Positions 34,987 to 35,639 of a DNA stretch of 35,639 nt are shown here, piece after piece (positions within the stretch are counted from its first letter, which is position 1; every line of letters starts with the position of its first letter). Where the stretch lies: the IMG/VR virus record IMGVR_UViG_3300025687_004282, positions 1 to 35,639 of that record. One strand, 5' to 3'. A program made the translations under genes and the position numbers. The notes under the pieces were generated by a model, which made no database searches, had not been told where the DNA came from, and was given only the letters and a program-made list of their open reading frames with translations. Source of the DNA: a virus (lineage: Duplodnaviria; Caudoviricetes).

Positions 34987-35543
34987 CCCATGCCCTTGAC
35001 GGCAGACGCAATCCTGCCAACCCATGTGCGCTTGCTCGCCATCTCAAGGGCTGTGTGTAGCGTCTCCTCATTCCGCCGAAGCCATCCACGACCAAAGGTG
35101 TCGAAGGTGCGAAGGCCACGATAGAAAGCCTCGCGCGCATCCGCCATGTCCTGCACGATCTCTTTCGGGTCTTTCTTCTCGACAGCAGCCAACGTCGCAG
35201 GCCCAACGCCGCCATCAGGCGTTACGCCGACAACCTTCTGTAGCGCCTTTGCCGCGCGGCCAGTGCCAGAGTTGACGGCCCAGTCGAACACCGCCCAGTC
35301 CACGCCACCGGGAAGGTCGTCGCCACGCACCTTGTCCCAGTACAGCTTCTTGTATAGCGGAGCCACGTCCTTCACTGTCAACTTCTTCATGGCATCAGGT
35401 GCAGCAGGTTTGCCAATCCACTCTTCCCAGACCTTGCGGGTGACACCCAAATTGGTCTCACCACCGGGGTCTTTGGGGTGATTGACGTAGCCACCCTCGT
35501 GCTTGAGGAGCATTTCCAAGCAGTCGTTGAAGTTCTCTTTCAC
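34980..35543 (-). CDS. Endolysin, glycoside hydrolase family 108 with peptidoglycan-binding domain
   Basis: HEGGYVNHPKDPGGETNLGVT, FDWAVNSG, DGGVGPAT, FGRGWLRR. Confidence 0.92.
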   Translation of the reverse strand: MKENFNDCLEMLLKHEGGYVNHPKDPGGETNLGVTRKVWEEWIGKPAAPDAMKKLTVKDVAPLYKKLYWDKVRGDDLPGGVDWAVFDWAVNSGTGRAAKALQKVVGVTPDGGVGPATLAAVEKKDPKEIVQDMADAREAFYRGLRTFDTFGRGWLRRNEETLHTALEMASKRTWVGRIASAVKGMGQ

Positions 35544-35638
35544 TTCTTCCTCCTGAACAGTCCGATGAACCCGCGCAACATTTCTGGCGGGCTAGGTGCC
35601 ATCCATCCGATCATAAACGCGATCCAGTACCAAATCGG
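35540..35638 (-). CDS. C-terminus of a membrane protein upstream of the endolysin (partial; possibly lysis-related)
   Basis: Translated by hand: PIWYWIAFMIGWMAPSPPEMLRGFIGLFRRKK*; GTGA overlap with the endolysin start. Confidence 0.55.
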   Translation of the reverse strand, partial: PIWYWIAFMIGWMAPSPPEMLRGFIGLFRRKK

Positions 35639-35639
35639 G

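Noticed and set aside
1-35639. tRNA, rRNA, integrase, transposase, att sites
   Set aside because: None recognisable by eye; a tRNAscan/Rfam run would be needed to exclude short RNA genes.

Overview
Part of a tailed dsDNA phage genome, probably a podovirus-like phage of an alphaproteobacterial host (host inferred). Almost all genes are on the minus strand. The portal, capsid and tail genes lie outside the window. From right to left: GH108 endolysin; a plus-strand PD-(D/E)XK nuclease; four large putative ejection/internal virion proteins; an RHH regulator; a replication/recombination module (DUF1064 nuclease, AAA_24 ATPase, DUF669-like SSB, SF2 helicase, Cas4-like exonuclease, TOPRIM primase-helicase); a coupled pseudaminic acid cluster (pseB-pseC-pseF-pseI plus a formyltransferase, no pseG or pseH); a plus-strand block of small genes; TerS; a GGCT/amidoligase cassette; an AGGGACCC repeat region where strand skew flips (candidate pac site or genome end); three large genes (ART-like, Pro/Gly-rich, lytic transglycosylase); and the 5' part of TerL. 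Most notable are the phage-borne pathway for a possibly N-formylated pseudaminic acid and a candidate RNA-based control system. The latter comprises a CTAGCA...GGAG leader motif before several genes, a compact multi-helix RNA carrying its antisense, and a promoter/terminator-bounded anti-SD small RNA. All family assignments are from motif recognition by eye; no searches were run.
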